A program made the translations under genes and the position numbers. From Asterionella formosa (Eukaryota): a stretch of DNA of 55,856 nt. This document shows, piece after piece, positions 24,671 through 35,116 of this stretch (within the stretch, counting starts at the first letter, position 1; each line of letters begins with the position of its first letter). The notes under the pieces were generated by a model. The model was not told the DNA's origin. It did no database searches and worked only from the letters and a program-made list of their open reading frames with translations. Location: contig NKIB01013534.1 in assembly GCA_002256025.1 (NCBI GenBank), positions 1-55,856 of the forward strand, written 5' to 3'.

Positions 24671-25897
24671 CTAATATGTATAGTGCATTAGTACCGTCGT
24701 AGTCCGTGGTAGAACGGGTGCATCTGTTTCATCTCCATCGTCAGCTTCTTGCTCCTCAACTTGTTCTTCCACTTTCACCTTGGCACCAGCATTATGCTTC
24801 CAATCATCAAGCCATGTGCTCCAATTCGGTAGCACAGTCGTTCTAGATACTGTGAAATTAATCACCTTTCCGACAATTGCTGCTGTCATGGCCCTCGTCA
24901 TAGCTGCACGCATATCTGTTGACCATTTCATGAGTTCTTCCATATCTGAATGAGTCCATTCTAATAAGACGCAGTCTTCGTTGGCCACAATGGTGTACAA
25001 TGCATTAAGCATTCGCGGCGGAGAAAGTTCGCGTTCTGAGTCATTTTCCGCAACTTTTTTGTGATCTTTTTCAAAAACTTGCTCCAGAAAGGCCATTTCT
25101 CCGATCCACGCCCCCGAATCGCCACCAATTTTCCGTTTTCGTTCTGGAGCAGAACTCGCTGCCGTCAAGTGGCGACCCAATATATTTGCCCTTGTACTGC
25201 CTTGAATCACCAAATAAATTCGAGTGCTGGGCTTGCCGGCCAAGGTTACAACTTCGCCCTCCTTTTTAGTCACAATCTTGGCCTTGTTCCAAATCATTTC
25301 AAACTGCTTGGGTGTCACGCCGTGAGGCATAAATTTGTCAACAAAAATCATTTCTTGTTGTTCCGTCAACACGACCCGTGAGATGCGTTCGTGCAGTATT
25401 TGCACAATTTTGACACAATTCACAGTTGCAAAGAGACAACTCCATGCGATAGAGTTCCATCGACGAACATCGTGGGAGAGATTGTATAGGACGAAGGAGA
25501 AACTGCCCATGGCGGAGAAGGTGCGGAGTTCCAATACATCCGATCGAGTGAAACCTGTGAGGGTACAGAGAGATCCAAAGTTGAGCACGAGAACAGGCCA
25601 GTTGTTCTCCCACCAGACTTTCACTCTTGCAAAATATTCTTGGGCCGAATGAGATGTCTGTTGCTTCTTCGGTATTTCCTTGAAGAGCAAAGGTACCGGT
25701 GGGGAAAGGCCCAAAATGGGCAGGTTAAAGCGATGCTTAAATGTTTTTTCAGGCATTTTAACGCGATAAAAGTTGCCCTTGTAAACACCATTGACATACT
25801 TTCGAGGCTTCTTCGGTGGATCAACGAGATTCTGGAAGCTCCTCCGAGGTTTGCTTATGGAAGCGAGAATATTTGGAGGGAGTTTGGTAACTGTCAT
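24671..25897 (-). CDS. Popeye-domain-like membrane protein with a cyclic-nucleotide-binding fold
   Basis: Three TM segments (NFGSLCTLTGF…DVLELR…WSCLFATVN) followed by a CNB-like region (IYLVIQG, GAWIGEMAFL, TIVANEDCVLLEW). First in-frame ATG at 25897; 5' end uncertain. Confidence 0.75.
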   Translation of the reverse strand: MTVTKLPPNILASISKPRRSFQNLVDPPKKPRKYVNGVYKGNFYRVKMPEKTFKHRFNLPILGLSPPVPLLFKEIPKKQQTSHSAQEYFARVKVWWENNWPVLVLNFGSLCTLTGFTRSDVLELRTFSAMGSFSFVLYNLSHDVRRWNSIAWSCLFATVNCVKIVQILHERISRVVLTEQQEMIFVDKFMPHGVTPKQFEMIWNKAKIVTKKEGEVVTLAGKPSTRIYLVIQGSTRANILGRHLTAASSAPERKRKIGGDSGAWIGEMAFLEQVFEKDHKKVAENDSERELSPPRMLNALYTIVANEDCVLLEWTHSDMEELMKWSTDMRAAMTRAMTAAIVGKVINFTVSRTTVLPNWSTWLDDWKHNAGAKVKVEEQVEEQEADDGDETDAPVLPRTTTVLMHYTY

Positions 25898-27031
25898 AGT
25901 ATTGTCTGGTTCCAATCAATTCTATGATAGTCATGCATCTTAATTGAAGGAGATCTTCAAACGACTGTGAGGATATTCTCGAGAGGGGAACGAATCCCAA
26001 CAATGGTGGAACAACTCGCGTCAGGCGGGGAGGGTTATCAATCAGACGTGGTGTCATAAAATTAGAATTCACAAGCAATCGAACTAGCCGGCGAGCGAAA
26101 TTTCTGTTTCCGCACGAAGTATTCTTTTAGAAGATTTGAGACTGCTGGTGCGTTCCTTCCGTAAAATTGGCCCCTGCCTGTTCATTATATCATAGTATTT
26201 TGTATGTAGGATACAGATGAAGCTTTTGTAGGCAGAAGTCAACAGTGGGCGTACCGGTAGTAATACGATATTCTCCAGATAAATTGCCAATTTTGCGTGC
26301 ACCTTCCTCTAACAAAAGGAAGAGATCCATGTACGCGTCTACAAACAGCATACCGGTAGCTAATGGAGAGAAAACTTAAAACTGGCAAATTTGTGAATAT
26401 ATCTATTGCAAGACATGAGATTTATTTGTTAGAATTATTCTCAGAATGCCAGTTGGATTCTTGGATATAACTACTAACAGCCAGAGTACTACATAAAACA
26501 TGCGATGGCATGGTTACTGGACTTCCAGGGTACCATGTGATAGTGCCAGACTAGGTTATGAGTTAATTGCACAATGTTGAAATGAGCAACAGGGCAGTGG
26601 AGGGGTACCTAGTACTCAAGTTCCAAACTGAGGAGGGTCATGATACCATTGGTCAAGAATTGGACATGACTTGAAGGAGAAGCAGTATCAATGTGACAGT
26701 GATTGTGATAATTGCTAGGCAAATGGACCAATGATGATGGTGATGGCTATGTTAGTTAGAAAAATAATCTCAAAGGAGTAGTAACTAACCACTAGTACTT
26801 CCAAGCAAGAAATTAGTATGAAATCCAAGAAAAACAGGGTAAAACCTGGACAGAAATGGGAAGAACTTGGCTACCAGCAAGTTGCAGTAATTCTGCTGAC
26901 ATCCCAATCTCAGCATTATAAATGTAGTTGCACCTTTGACCCAATACTTAGTGCTTGCCAGCACATAATGCCGTTAATTTTCATTTGTGGCATGATTTTG
27001 AATAAGGTTTTAAGCTCTAAATATGATCATT

Positions 27032-27177
27032 TTGGCAGACATAGCAAAACATTTTGATTTGGCAGATAAAGTGAACTTTGCTTGAATTTAGTAAAGTTTA
27101 CTTTGGGTCATTGCTCGATTCAAGCAAAGTTTACTTTATCTGCCAGATCAAAAACACTTTGCTATACTATCTGCCAA
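27032..27177. mobile_element. ~145-bp fold-back palindrome (MITE-like)
   Basis: ttttgatttggcagataaagtgaactttgcttgaat pairs with attcaagcaaagtttactttatctgccagatcaaaa (36 bp, 2 mismatches), extended outward by ttggcaga…tctgccaa. Confidence 0.8.
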
Positions 27178-27792
27178 GGAGGTGCGGAAAGTGCATTAGG
27201 AATTTAGCATCGTTTTCCTTAGTATCATCCGGTACGTACCAGTACCAGGTTGTAAGAACAGTGTACCTTGTACCGTTATAGTTGGTATCGGATCCTTTCC
27301 AAGTACCGGTATATAAAGAGTTGATACCTGGTACCTGGTACAGTATATACAGCACCATTACATTTATCGGTACGACCAGGTACCTGGTACCTGGTACGGT
27401 CCAGGTACCAGGTAGTCTACCGGTAGTCGTTGCTCTGCCGATATGTATGTACCGGTACTATGAGAATGCCCGTTGCATCGCTGTGTCATATCCCATATCC
27501 CACATGCCGCAGCCTCCTACCGGGACATACGTCAATCATGAATTCTTGCTTCATCTTTCTTGTGATGATGGTTGTTGTTTGGTTTCCGCCTCTCTATGCG
27601 GTCTTGCTTTTGTTGCCGGTAGTTCGATGGCTCGTGATCACGAGTCCCGTGTGTACCGGGGTACTCCTACCACGGAATTTTGGCTCCTCCAATTACAGTT
27701 CGTCACAAAGACCGGCGATTCGCTCATGGGTCACTCCCATCTTGTTGACTTCTGAGGATTGCTGAATCTCATAATCCTAATCGAACTTTACT

Positions 27793-28761
27793 ATGATGTA
27801 CAATTTTTCTGCCTTGTCCACAATTAGTTCGCTAATGATGTGTTTAAGCGTCAACGGGTTTAATGTACAGTCCCAAAACGCCTTGCTGAAGACCGACGTT
27901 CGAGAGACACTAACGGAAGATTCAAAGCACAGAGTTCTAGTCCCGCAGATTCTGACGACATTATCACTTCCTTCGGTGATTGATGTCGCTCAGCAACGGA
28001 TTGGTATGCCTCTGTCAGACAGCGTTCACTCAGGAGCCGACCTCACCTTTATGCCTTTCTGGGAGCAACAAATTCGCTACATGAACGAACATCTCACTGA
28101 TCTCCGGGAGATTCCAGTCACGGACCTTGACGAAACTATAGACTTTTCCATTGCTGAAAATCCAGTCAAAGGTGCTCGCATCTTGAACCTCTGTTTTTCC
28201 AGCAAAGAATTTCGAAAAATTCGCCTGACGTACTATGATGCTGGATTAAATACGCAAGTATTCAATTCGCTGTGGTATCCAGCTGAAGAATACAATCTTC
28301 CTTTGCTCGGCATTGACTTGCTGAAACTTGCTGGGGGTAAAAAGTATCTGGCGGTCGTTGACTTCCAGCCCATTCATGATAAAGAACACGAACACGCGCA
28401 GCCATACGAGTACTTAATGAAGCCAATTCGTCGGGAATACCCCAGTTTACAAGGCCAAATGTCAAAACGATTTTACGACGAAAACCAGTTCTTCTCTCGA
28501 GAAATGTTGTTTTCCAGGTTTGAAGACGCGGCCATTATCAACCGTGATTTAATGCCTGCATTTTGCCAGTACATAGACACGTATTTGAAGCTCATCAAGA
28601 GGACCACTCCAGAGTACAATCCATCTACCCTCAATGGGCATCGTGCCTATGACACATACTCGGCGAGCAGGGACCCAGCTATTCACATGTTCAACTCTAT
28701 GTTTGGTCAAGAGTGGGCTGAAAAGTTTGTTCATGAATTTCTTTTCGACTTGAGCAGATAG
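27793..28761 (+). CDS. pebA: Second plastid-targeted PebA-type bilin reductase paralog
   Basis: Colinear with 21221-22360 (FMPFWE, HLTDLR, ARILNLCFS, YYDAG, QVFNSLWYP, LGIDLL, RDPA); signal peptide ends SVNG-F. Confidence 0.8.
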   Translation: MMYNFSALSTISSLMMCLSVNGFNVQSQNALLKTDVRETLTEDSKHRVLVPQILTTLSLPSVIDVAQQRIGMPLSDSVHSGADLTFMPFWEQQIRYMNEHLTDLREIPVTDLDETIDFSIAENPVKGARILNLCFSSKEFRKIRLTYYDAGLNTQVFNSLWYPAEEYNLPLLGIDLLKLAGGKKYLAVVDFQPIHDKEHEHAQPYEYLMKPIRREYPSLQGQMSKRFYDENQFFSREMLFSRFEDAAIINRDLMPAFCQYIDTYLKLIKRTTPEYNPSTLNGHRAYDTYSASRDPAIHMFNSMFGQEWAEKFVHEFLFDLSR

Positions 28762-29274
28762 CGGCAGTTGAATTCGAATCTTAATAGACCTGGAGTACAA
28801 ACTGTAACAAAGTTAATATTAATTATAAGATAGAACATGACAACCAATAAGTCGAGATTTCTCGACTCCAGCCCACTTTTTGTCAAGACAAACTCTCATC
28901 AACTTGACACCAAATATAAACAAGTCTTATCATGTTACAGTGCAGGACACTATCCTATTTGAGGCAGTAAGAGGATTTTACATCATTAGATAGACTCCCT
29001 TGCCCTGGGTACTCCCACCCAGGAAAGTCTAGTAGCGTACATTTTATGCACACCTTTTCAGTTTTGACGCACTCCCAATGGATTGTCTTGTGCCTGCCAG
29101 TCGAGATAGACTGGCTTTTCATTCCAAATTCTCAAAAGTAAATTTCTTCAATGTTAAATTATCATTCATTAAATCCAAGTCATGTTCTGATCATCAAAAT
29201 CATGTTCACCTACTCCCACTGGTAGTGGTATTCAGTAACTGGATGACGGTTTGCTAATGGAATTCACGAATCAA

Positions 29275-29420
29275 TAACTTCTAGTCATAATCAGCAGTTT
29301 CTAGTTGTAGTCAAGCAGTTTTTAGTCATAGTCAGCAAATTCTTGTCAATGTCAGCAAATTCTAATTGTTGTCAGCAAGTCCTAGTCGTTGTCAGCAGAT
29401 TTCTAGTCGCATGTAGTCAC
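29275..29420. repeat. ~20-bp degenerate tandem repeat (gtcagcaaatttctagtc)
   Basis: About seven copies at 29275-29420, with two more at ~30236-30268; resembles TE subterminal repeats. Confidence 0.7.
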
Positions 29421-31195
29421 CAGCTGGATCAGAAATCATAAACAAAAGAGTCGTTTTGAAAATGTCAATGGACTATTAATCGACATTACTTGAATAGAGA
29501 ATCAAACAAAATTTCCTTCAACCTACAGATTACCGAAGCGCAGTGTTCTGAGTACTGTAAAAGTGTCAAATCTGATTGTAGCTTTGTCATTTTGAATTGT
29601 GCATCATCTAAACTACGTAAAGCAATGCGCCATTGGCGACTTCAATTTTCGTTGTCATTATTAGTGTACTAGTTAAAAATTATTTTTTACGGTTGTATTA
29701 TCTATGTTGAGTTAGATATATATACCAGATAGTATAGTGTTGTTTTCTTTTTCCATGGAGAAATTCGTTTATTTTCGACATGGTCAAGGCGGAGACAGCA
29801 TGACACAGGATTCTCCAGCTGCGCACAGTACTACACTCTCGTGTTTTATGTACAGAAAGAAATCGCAACATGTAAGAAATATAATTATATACTAGCTTCT
29901 ATAAGAGCTACCTCAGGTACCAGGTACCCTGAAAATATTTACCGGTATCCTATGTAGCCATATTGCATATATGTGAAATGTGATACCGGTATCATACATA
30001 TGTTTGATATTCCAATAGTAAAGCGGTACCCCGGTAGGCTGTTGCATCTGGCGTGATAAATGACTGTGACCATGTATGTACTAGACATGATGTTACATAT
30101 GCTTATATTTACTATTAGCAAGGCAATCAGGGGGCAATGGATGTGTCCATTCATGTATATTCTTCATAGGCATAAGGGTCATTCAAAAAATCTATTCTTG
30201 TCTTTTTCGCAAGTTCTAGTCCTCATACCGTAGTGGCCAGCAAATTCTAGTCACTGTCAGCAAATTATCAAACAAATTTCATTAGAGATTCTATATTTAT
30301 TTAGATATACTTGAATATATAAATTCGGAAAACTCACAATTATTGATTTATAATTCAATATTTAGCCATTCAAAATTGTCTCTCGCCATCATCATATTGT
30401 TGTTGATCAGCAATGCTGTCATCATAGCCAGCAAGTATGTATTGTATGACCTACATATTTTATGTATGAGTATTGTAAAACAAAAAGTGGTATGTGGGCT
30501 GTCACGTGACAGACACTGTACGCATTAAATATTACTTAAACCATCACCAACATAAACAACTTGAATTATATACGACCTGAATCCAAATGCTGTTTTCCAT
30601 TGGCCGGCCACTATAATAATGCTTGCTGGAAACCAAATACAACTTATCACTATCATAATTATAAAGTGAATAGAATAACTGTTGTTCTGTATACATTTGA
30701 TGCAATTGTTTTCGCCTGCCAGTGGGAGTGCCATGGTACTTTCTCATGCTGACGTTGTCATAACCGATATGGTACAGACCACACGTGCTGAGAAATTTAC
30801 GTTGACCACTGCCGCACCATTCCGGTATTCTATGTAGAATATGGCTGGGTACATAACATTTATATATTATGCTCTATGATGAGATGTTGACGTCAGGTAT
30901 GGATGACGTGCTTCAACATTGCTAACTGTATGTCTTACTGCCTCACTGCTGGCGTTGTTATATTTCAACCAGTGCGCAGGTAACAAATGCAAGGACGACT
31001 GACGACGAGATCCAACATTTTATTACCGTGACATCAATGCAAGAAACAATCCGCATTTTATAGGTATCTATGTGCAGTTTGTTATCTCATTGCTTCGCCT
31101 ACCAGCAGTTCACTTTATTGCTTATTGTTCGTTACCTGTGTTTGTAACAGAGTTCACCATACAATCCAACCATCCAGCAAAGATTACACTCCAAA

Positions 31196-32076
31196 ATGCT
31201 TGCCGTTTCCCGCACAACTTCCTTGAACTTAAGCAGACGACTATTCCAGACATCCTCCAAGTCGCTCAAGTCGGCGAACGATGGAACTACCATAAAGCCT
31301 GTTCTTGAAGCAGTAAAAGAACCGGCAAAGGAAAGCTTTGCCAAGGCAAATCCGTTTGCCTTCCAGCTGGTGGTTGCTACTGGAAAAACCATGGCCGCTG
31401 ATCTCATGACACAAACGGTTGCAGAAGGAAAGAAATTCGACGAGATTGACTGGAAACGAAATGGGATTTTTGTTGTTTTCGGATTTGCTTACCTTGGAGG
31501 TTTTCAATATTGGTTGATGATTAACAAGTATCGTCAGGTGAGTACCGCTCTTTCTTATTCATTCCGACTGGTAGACACGACAACGATGTCCATAATAACA
31601 TATATACATGTTTTCACGGCGTTAAAAAATCTAACTTTCTTTATCTTTTCTCGTTCCTATTACACCAAAAGTGGTTCCCATCAATGGATAGATTTGCCAA
31701 GTTGAGCTTTGCAGAAAAGCTCAAGGATACTGCTGGTATTCTTGATGCTGTGAAGATGATTGTCTTCGACCTTGTTGTTCACCTGCCGATGATTTACTTC
31801 CCATGCTACTACACTGTCAAGGAGTTTGTTAGTGGTGACTCATGGAATCCAGTTGACTGGGCCAAGAATGGAGTTACCAAGTATTCTAAGAACATGAAGG
31901 AAGACTTGAGTGCCATGATAAAGCTTTGGGGACCGTCTGACTGCGTTCAGTTTGTTCTTCCTCTCCACATTCGACTTCCATTCAGACATTTTGTTTCTTT
32001 CTTCTGGACTGCATACATTAGTTTCACTCGTGGTGCTGTTGAAAAGATTCCAGATGCAGATGATGTGTTGGCATAG
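31196..32076 (+). CDS. Mpv17/PMP22 family membrane protein (exons 31196-31537, 31672-32076)
   Basis: K(T)MAADLMTQ, IDWKRN, FGFAYLG, FDLVVH, WGPSDCVQFVLPLHIR…SFFWTAYIS; a GT-AG intron joins YRQ-WFPSM; mitochondrial-type presequence. Confidence 0.88.
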
Positions 32077-32273
32077 GGGAAAGAGAGCTGCATGTCACAA
32101 CCATAAAATACATTCAACTTTCTCTCGATTACAAAATGCTTTGATAAATGTAACAAGGCTATCAAAGAACAAACAATCATACTCTCGCACCTAGATATAA
32201 TTTTCATTATCTAAATTCTCTATTTGCTAGTTGTTGTCAATGCGTCTAAATTGGTTCGTTAATGTGCACGTGA

Positions 32274-32900
32274 CTATGAATTTACGACTGGCTTTCCAGC
32301 GACAGACACGAGATTGATGCAATATCTGTTTCCGTTACGATCAGGTAGATTATGTCCCAAATGGGTTCCATCGACAGAGACAGTTTCTCCCGAGTTCTTC
32401 AATATACGCACATTTTCCCAGACGACCTCGCTGTCTCGGAAAGAGGGCCATCCATGGACTTGACTCTCGGCAATAAACTGATCCTTGGATCGGCCAATTG
32501 GGGCAACAAAAAGTGGCTTGCCAGTAACCGAGTCGAAGAATGTAACGGGTCCATTGGATTTCAGTACAACGTCTTCGAAGGAAGTGCTCTCAAAGTACCC
32601 TGCTCTTTCGGCGAAATGTCGGTTAAAGTTGCAAATTTGATCGGCAAGCTTGTTAGAGACTCCAAACAGGAGATCTGATTGGGCGGGTTGGTTACTGGTT
32701 CCATGTCCCTTTTGCGACATGATAGATTCGTCCCCGAACAGAGGTTTTCCTCCAATTTCAATCGCATTGGTAGGATAAGAAGGAAGAATTGCGACACCTG
32801 AAACTATGGCAAACTTTTGCAGAAAGGTGCGTCGGCTGGATTGAGTAAACGCGCATACTGTTGTGGCAGCAAACGCACAGAGGAGGAAACGGTTGATCAT
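32274..32900 (-). CDS. msrB: Peptide methionine-R-sulfoxide reductase B-like protein, plastid (probably lumen) targeted
   Basis: GKPLF, HGWPSF, GTHLGH and catalytic RYCIN motifs; signal peptide TVCA-F followed by an RRTFL twin-arginine segment. Confidence 0.8.
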   Translation of the reverse strand: MINRFLLCAFAATTVCAFTQSSRRTFLQKFAIVSGVAILPSYPTNAIEIGGKPLFGDESIMSQKGHGTSNQPAQSDLLFGVSNKLADQICNFNRHFAERAGYFESTSFEDVVLKSNGPVTFFDSVTGKPLFVAPIGRSKDQFIAESQVHGWPSFRDSEVVWENVRILKNSGETVSVDGTHLGHNLPDRNGNRYCINLVSVAGKPVVNS

Positions 32901-33598
32901 ATTGAACGACGACGAGGCCCCTCTTGAATGACAGCTCTCTGATCGACTGCTTTTGAAAGTGTTGAAGGAGAAAGGAAGTGCTTGTCCGCTTCGGAAGCAG
33001 CAACAACGACTGCTGTACCAGTGGATGGGAGAGTACCCTATAGACTGCCGGTCCTAAGCAGTGCACTACTAAGGAACAAGGAATAGAATGGTTGTGAGAA
33101 CAATCCAAGAATAAGGTCGCACATCATGACAATGTCAGTATTCTCCGACCTGCTTACCTTAAAAGACACAAATGGTATTCGCTCGGGCTACTGAGTCGGA
33201 GTGTCTGAGTGCATGATAATGACAATTGTACAACAAGCAATAAGCGGTGATTTTCATGTACAGTACCTGGTGCACTCGAAAATACCGATACCGGTACCGT
33301 GGTAGTATGATTCTTCATTTCCTATTATGTGAAATATCCCGGTACATATAAAATAAATGAAATCTGAACTGATCCATCTTACCTGTTGAACTGTGCGTTG
33401 ATGTAAGTACTCGAGTATGTTTTGTTGTACCGGTACTCCACGAACTCCGTACCACCAGGTACCTCGTGCTAGAACATACCCAGCACATAGTACCAGGTAC
33501 CTCGTACCCGCGAAAGGCTATCGTACTACCAGTATGTACGGCAGGTAATCGAAGAGCATCAATTTAGAAGTCAGAACCACAGCCATGTCACTTTCAAC

Positions 33599-34522
33599 AT
33601 GAATACATCAGCCGACGATAATAGCGAACAGGAAAATCTCATGGCACTTCGACGTGTTCTGGAGGGAAGGAGTCTGGTTGTCAGTGGTGGTGCATGGACA
33701 GCGGAAGCTTGGGAGCCTGAGAGGAATAGTAGACTCCATGCGCAATTGCGTCTTGCTCGACAACTTCGAGTGACCATGGAAAATGCTGCCGACCTGGCGG
33801 AACAGAATTTGAACTCATGTCCACCCAGAAAGTTGTTGGTAGAGCTTATTCCATCCATCAACGAGTTAGTGTCTTTGACAGAGGCAGTTCGAGGGCACTA
33901 CACATTGGATGACTATCATGAGTATACTAGGTTGTTGAAGGAGGAAGAGGACACTCAAAACAAGGAGCTGGCACGGGGAACAGAAACCATAGTCCGGCAA
34001 CTCTTGGAAACAACTAGAAACAAGGAATTTCCCCCTAATCAATCAAATCATATTCCGGCAGCAACAGCTGCTGCTCCATCGAATATACTTCCTTCTGGGC
34101 ACTTTGCGATCGATTTCGATCTGAACGAACCAACACGAAAGGCATCACCATCAAGCAGCCACGTAGTCATGAAGAGTTCTCTAAAACGTAAATCTCATGA
34201 GGTTTCATCCAGATCAACTCCAAAACGTCGATCTGTTCTGCCTCGCCGCTGTCATGATTGCAAATCATCTTCGACTCGCTTCCGCAGATGCCAATTTTGG
34301 TTTTTGACAGGAAGTAAGTGTGGCAAGACCTTTTGTTCCAGTTGTTTGGAGGTGCGTTATGGTGAAGCAACTATGCAGGACTCGGAATTCGATGAAAGTT
34401 CCCACGATTGGAATTGTCCGTCGTGCCAAGGTTCTTGCCTTTGTTCTGACTGTGTCAAGAGCAGAAAAAAGGCTCTCAATAGTGCTACAGACTCAATGAT
34501 TCAACGGAGGTCGAGCCGATAG
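33599..34522 (+). CDS. Protein with a C-terminal zf-4CXXC_R1 (CDCA7/JPO-type) zinc finger
   Basis: CHDC…C…C…FCSSCLEVRYGE…WNCPSCQGSCLCSDC matches the zf-4CXXC_R1 pattern (FCxxCLxxRYGE, WxCPxCxGxCxCSxC); basic NLS-like stretch upstream. Confidence 0.8.
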   Translation: MNTSADDNSEQENLMALRRVLEGRSLVVSGGAWTAEAWEPERNSRLHAQLRLARQLRVTMENAADLAEQNLNSCPPRKLLVELIPSINELVSLTEAVRGHYTLDDYHEYTRLLKEEEDTQNKELARGTETIVRQLLETTRNKEFPPNQSNHIPAATAAAPSNILPSGHFAIDFDLNEPTRKASPSSSHVVMKSSLKRKSHEVSSRSTPKRRSVLPRRCHDCKSSSTRFRRCQFWFLTGSKCGKTFCSSCLEVRYGEATMQDSEFDESSHDWNCPSCQGSCLCSDCVKSRKKALNSATDSMIQRRSSR

Positions 34523-35116
34523 TCGATACAATCATCGATGATTTTACCTCAAGGGGATTATCACTTCACTATAGAGGTCAGGTCCGCTCGACTTTGGAGC
34601 TTTTCTAAGCACAATCGATTTATTTTACATGTGATGCTCAAACGAGATATTGGAATTATAAGCATTCCAATGAGGGATTGAGTGTATTGTGAGGAAATAA
34701 ATGGTGTCACCCTTCCGCCTGAATGTGAAGTCAAAGTGTGCCAGCCGCAGAATAAAATGATTGAGAGGGACAGTGCATATTAATTACTGCAATAGTTTCG
34801 GAAAGCAGGGCGGAAAAGGAAAAGTGATCCAAGTTAGGTTTTCTTCCACAGCTGAAGGAGTGATTAGAAAATAAGTACCTTCAAAAGTATTAAGAAACAA
34901 GCGTACAATGAATATTCATGAAGAGTGCTAGAACACACTTCAGGATAAATTAATTCATCTCTAAATCAATGTTTTCAATAATTATATTGATGTATGCGGA
35001 TGAATTTTGTCAAATCTCTGTTAGTTGTTAAGGAATTAAGTGGATTTAAGGTTTTCATACAATTATTATGGATATGAAATGAGGTACTACCGGTAATCTT
35101 GCATGAGGTAAAGTAA

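Noticed and set aside
27282..27755. ORFs rich in YLVPGT/WYQV (also 2573-2917, 8960-9444, 20637-20819, 43975-44448)
   Set aside because: These are translations of the GGTACC palindromic arrays, not genes.
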